Below are positions 63,601 to 64,000 of a DNA stretch of 64,000 nt, one piece after another. The notes under the pieces were generated by a model, which ran no database searches, had not been told where the DNA came from, and worked only from the letters and a program-made list of their open reading frames with translations. The translations under genes and the position numbers were made by a program. The stretch is from an uncultured Planctomycetota bacterium (lineage in GTDB: Bacteria > Planctomycetota > Planctomycetia > Isosphaerales > Isosphaeraceae). How positions within the stretch are numbered: position 1 is the first letter of the stretch; each line of letters opens with the position of its first letter. The stretch spans positions 1,056,001 through 1,120,000 of the forward strand of contig CAWGMQ010000010.1 of assembly GCA_963823665.1 (NCBI GenBank), in the 5' to 3' direction.

Positions 63601-64000
63601 GAGGCGATCCGGCTGAAGCCCGACATGCCCCAAGCCCATGCCAACCTCGGCTTCGCCCTGGAGGCCTCGGGCGACCGGCCCGGGGCGATCGCCGAGTACC
63701 GCGAGGCGATCCGGCTGAAGCCCGCCGCCGAGGCCCACACCAACCTCGGCGACGCCCTGCGCACCTCGGGCGACCTGCCCGGCGCGGTCGCGTCGTATCG
63801 TGAGGCGATCCGGCTGAAGCCCGACTACGCCGAGGCCCACTGCAACCTCGGGCTCGCCCTGCGGCAGCAGGGGCTGTACGCCGAGTCACTGGCCGAGTTC
63901 CGCGTAGGACACGAGCTCGGCTCGAAGCGGGCCGACTGGCGCTACCCGTCGGCCAAGTGGGTCGCCCGGGCCGAGCAGCTCGCCGCCCTCGCCGACCGCC
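60631..64000 (+). CDS. Ser/Thr protein kinase with N-terminal CxxC...CxxC zinc ribbon, TM helix and tandem TPRs; runs off the window
   Basis: Frame +1 read directly (absent from the ORF track because it has no stop): CPSC...CPRC, EIARGGMGEV, VAIK, HRDLKPSN, DWG, YMAPEQ, EAIRL(R/K)PD repeats. Confidence 0.92.
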   Translation, partial: MATAAPDRCPSCGAQRPADAPRGHCPRCLLRQGLDGASLSLSHAGELGAGVDFCGSRVLETLAAIVGPVPRVLLRDSDDGAEPPVLVLPDRAAADPSVRYRIDGEIARGGMGEVLKGRDPDLGRDVAIKVLRDDLSGRREMVRRFVEEAQIGGQLQHPGIVPVYELGTFADRRPFFSMKLVKGQTLAQLLAARPSPADGLPRSLGIFEQVAQTVAYAHARGVIHRDLKPSNVMVGSFGEVQVMDWGLAKVLPRGGVADDAAAGREPDRETVIATVRSSFAPDAELSRAGSVLGTPSYMAPEQARGEIAAVDERADVFALGSILCEVLTGSPAFTGRTSAETQHKAARGDTAEALLRLDACGADAELVVLARDCLAAEPPDRPRDAGAVRERITAYLAGVQERLHAAEIERARAEARAAEERRRRRLQLGLAASLLALTTLGGLAFTYELQRRQARAARADRLLTEATLLRNQARAQREDVARWERAREALDRIGEELGPLVSAPLAAMRREVGAGLGAAKADRALLDRLVDIRSAQADDPDGSATDAAYADAFADAGIDPDGGDPAGAGARVAGRPKPVAAALVAALDHWSAVRRARHPKGPGWARRLAAARAADPDPDRDALRAALLVEDKAARLGRLRPLAERADAGSWAPASLVLLGEALAAAGDADAGIAVLRRASWSHPQDARVHYALGQLLERVRPPQPEEAIRAYSLAWSRQPELAGHELAHALERRGRGAEAEAVWRDLVGRRPDDGRHLGCYGRHLTERGRGAEAAPMLDRAVEACREAIRLRPDDPVARNNLGNALHISGDRPGAIAEYREVIRLRPDDPQAPYNLGLALDDSGDRPGAIAEYREAIRRKPDYAEAHTNLGLALEASGDRPGAIAALREAIRLKPDLPQAHYNLGSALNDSGDRRGAIAALREAIRLKPDDALAHSKLGLVLDDSGDRAGAIAEYREAIRLRPDDPVAHNNLGFALDASDDRPGAVAEYREAIRLKPDMPQAHANLGFALEASGDRPGAIAEYREAIRLKPAAEAHTNLGDALRTSGDLPGAVASYREAIRLKPDYAEAHCNLGLALRQQGLYAESLAEFRVGHELGSKRADWRYPSAKWVARAEQLAALADR
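62989..63880 (+). repeat. About nine tandem 102-bp TPR-coding repeats
   Basis: GAGG(C/T)GATCCGG at 62989, 63091, 63193, 63295, 63397, 63499, 63601, 63703 and 63802. Confidence 0.9.

Noticed and set aside
62989..63880. CRISPR array or DGR template/variable repeats
   Set aside because: In-frame TPR coding repeats; no reverse transcriptase in the window and no evident adenine-specific variation
60586..63889. Long minus-strand ORFs (915 aa and 641 aa)
   Set aside because: Shadow frames of the very GC-rich + strand kinase/TPR gene

Overview
High-GC bacterial DNA whose gene families point to Planctomycetota, probably Isosphaeraceae-like (inference from LExRxLL-leader proteins, kinase-linked ECF sigma factors, Uma2 and PEP-CTERM genes). 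The window holds two ECF sigma factor / Ser-Thr kinase modules (9.0-13.7 kb and 59.8->64 kb), three further ECF remnants, and six large beta-helix/Ig-like exported proteins with the planctomycete LExRxLL leader. Short promoter-like cassettes from the ECF loci are copied in front of several exported-protein genes, suggesting regulons built by promoter duplication. The middle (25.9-50.1 kb) is mostly ordinary: amidohydrolases, dinB, an MBL hydrolase, an aldo/keto reductase, lemA/DUF2207, a Gfo/Idh/MocA oxidoreductase, a hybrid histidine kinase, and TolB-like and kelch proteins. It also contains a 6S-like RNA inside a larger paired precursor. The 50.2-57.4 kb region is a decayed accessory zone: an uncharacterised RHH/winged-helix gene with four upstream operator-like repeats, an internally deleted RND gene, a FitA/VapC pair, a defective tRNA-Leu(CAA), and gene fragments that break next to REP-like hairpins. 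Many long genes carry single-base frameshifts that are probably sequencing errors. All family calls come from motif recognition by eye; no searches were run.
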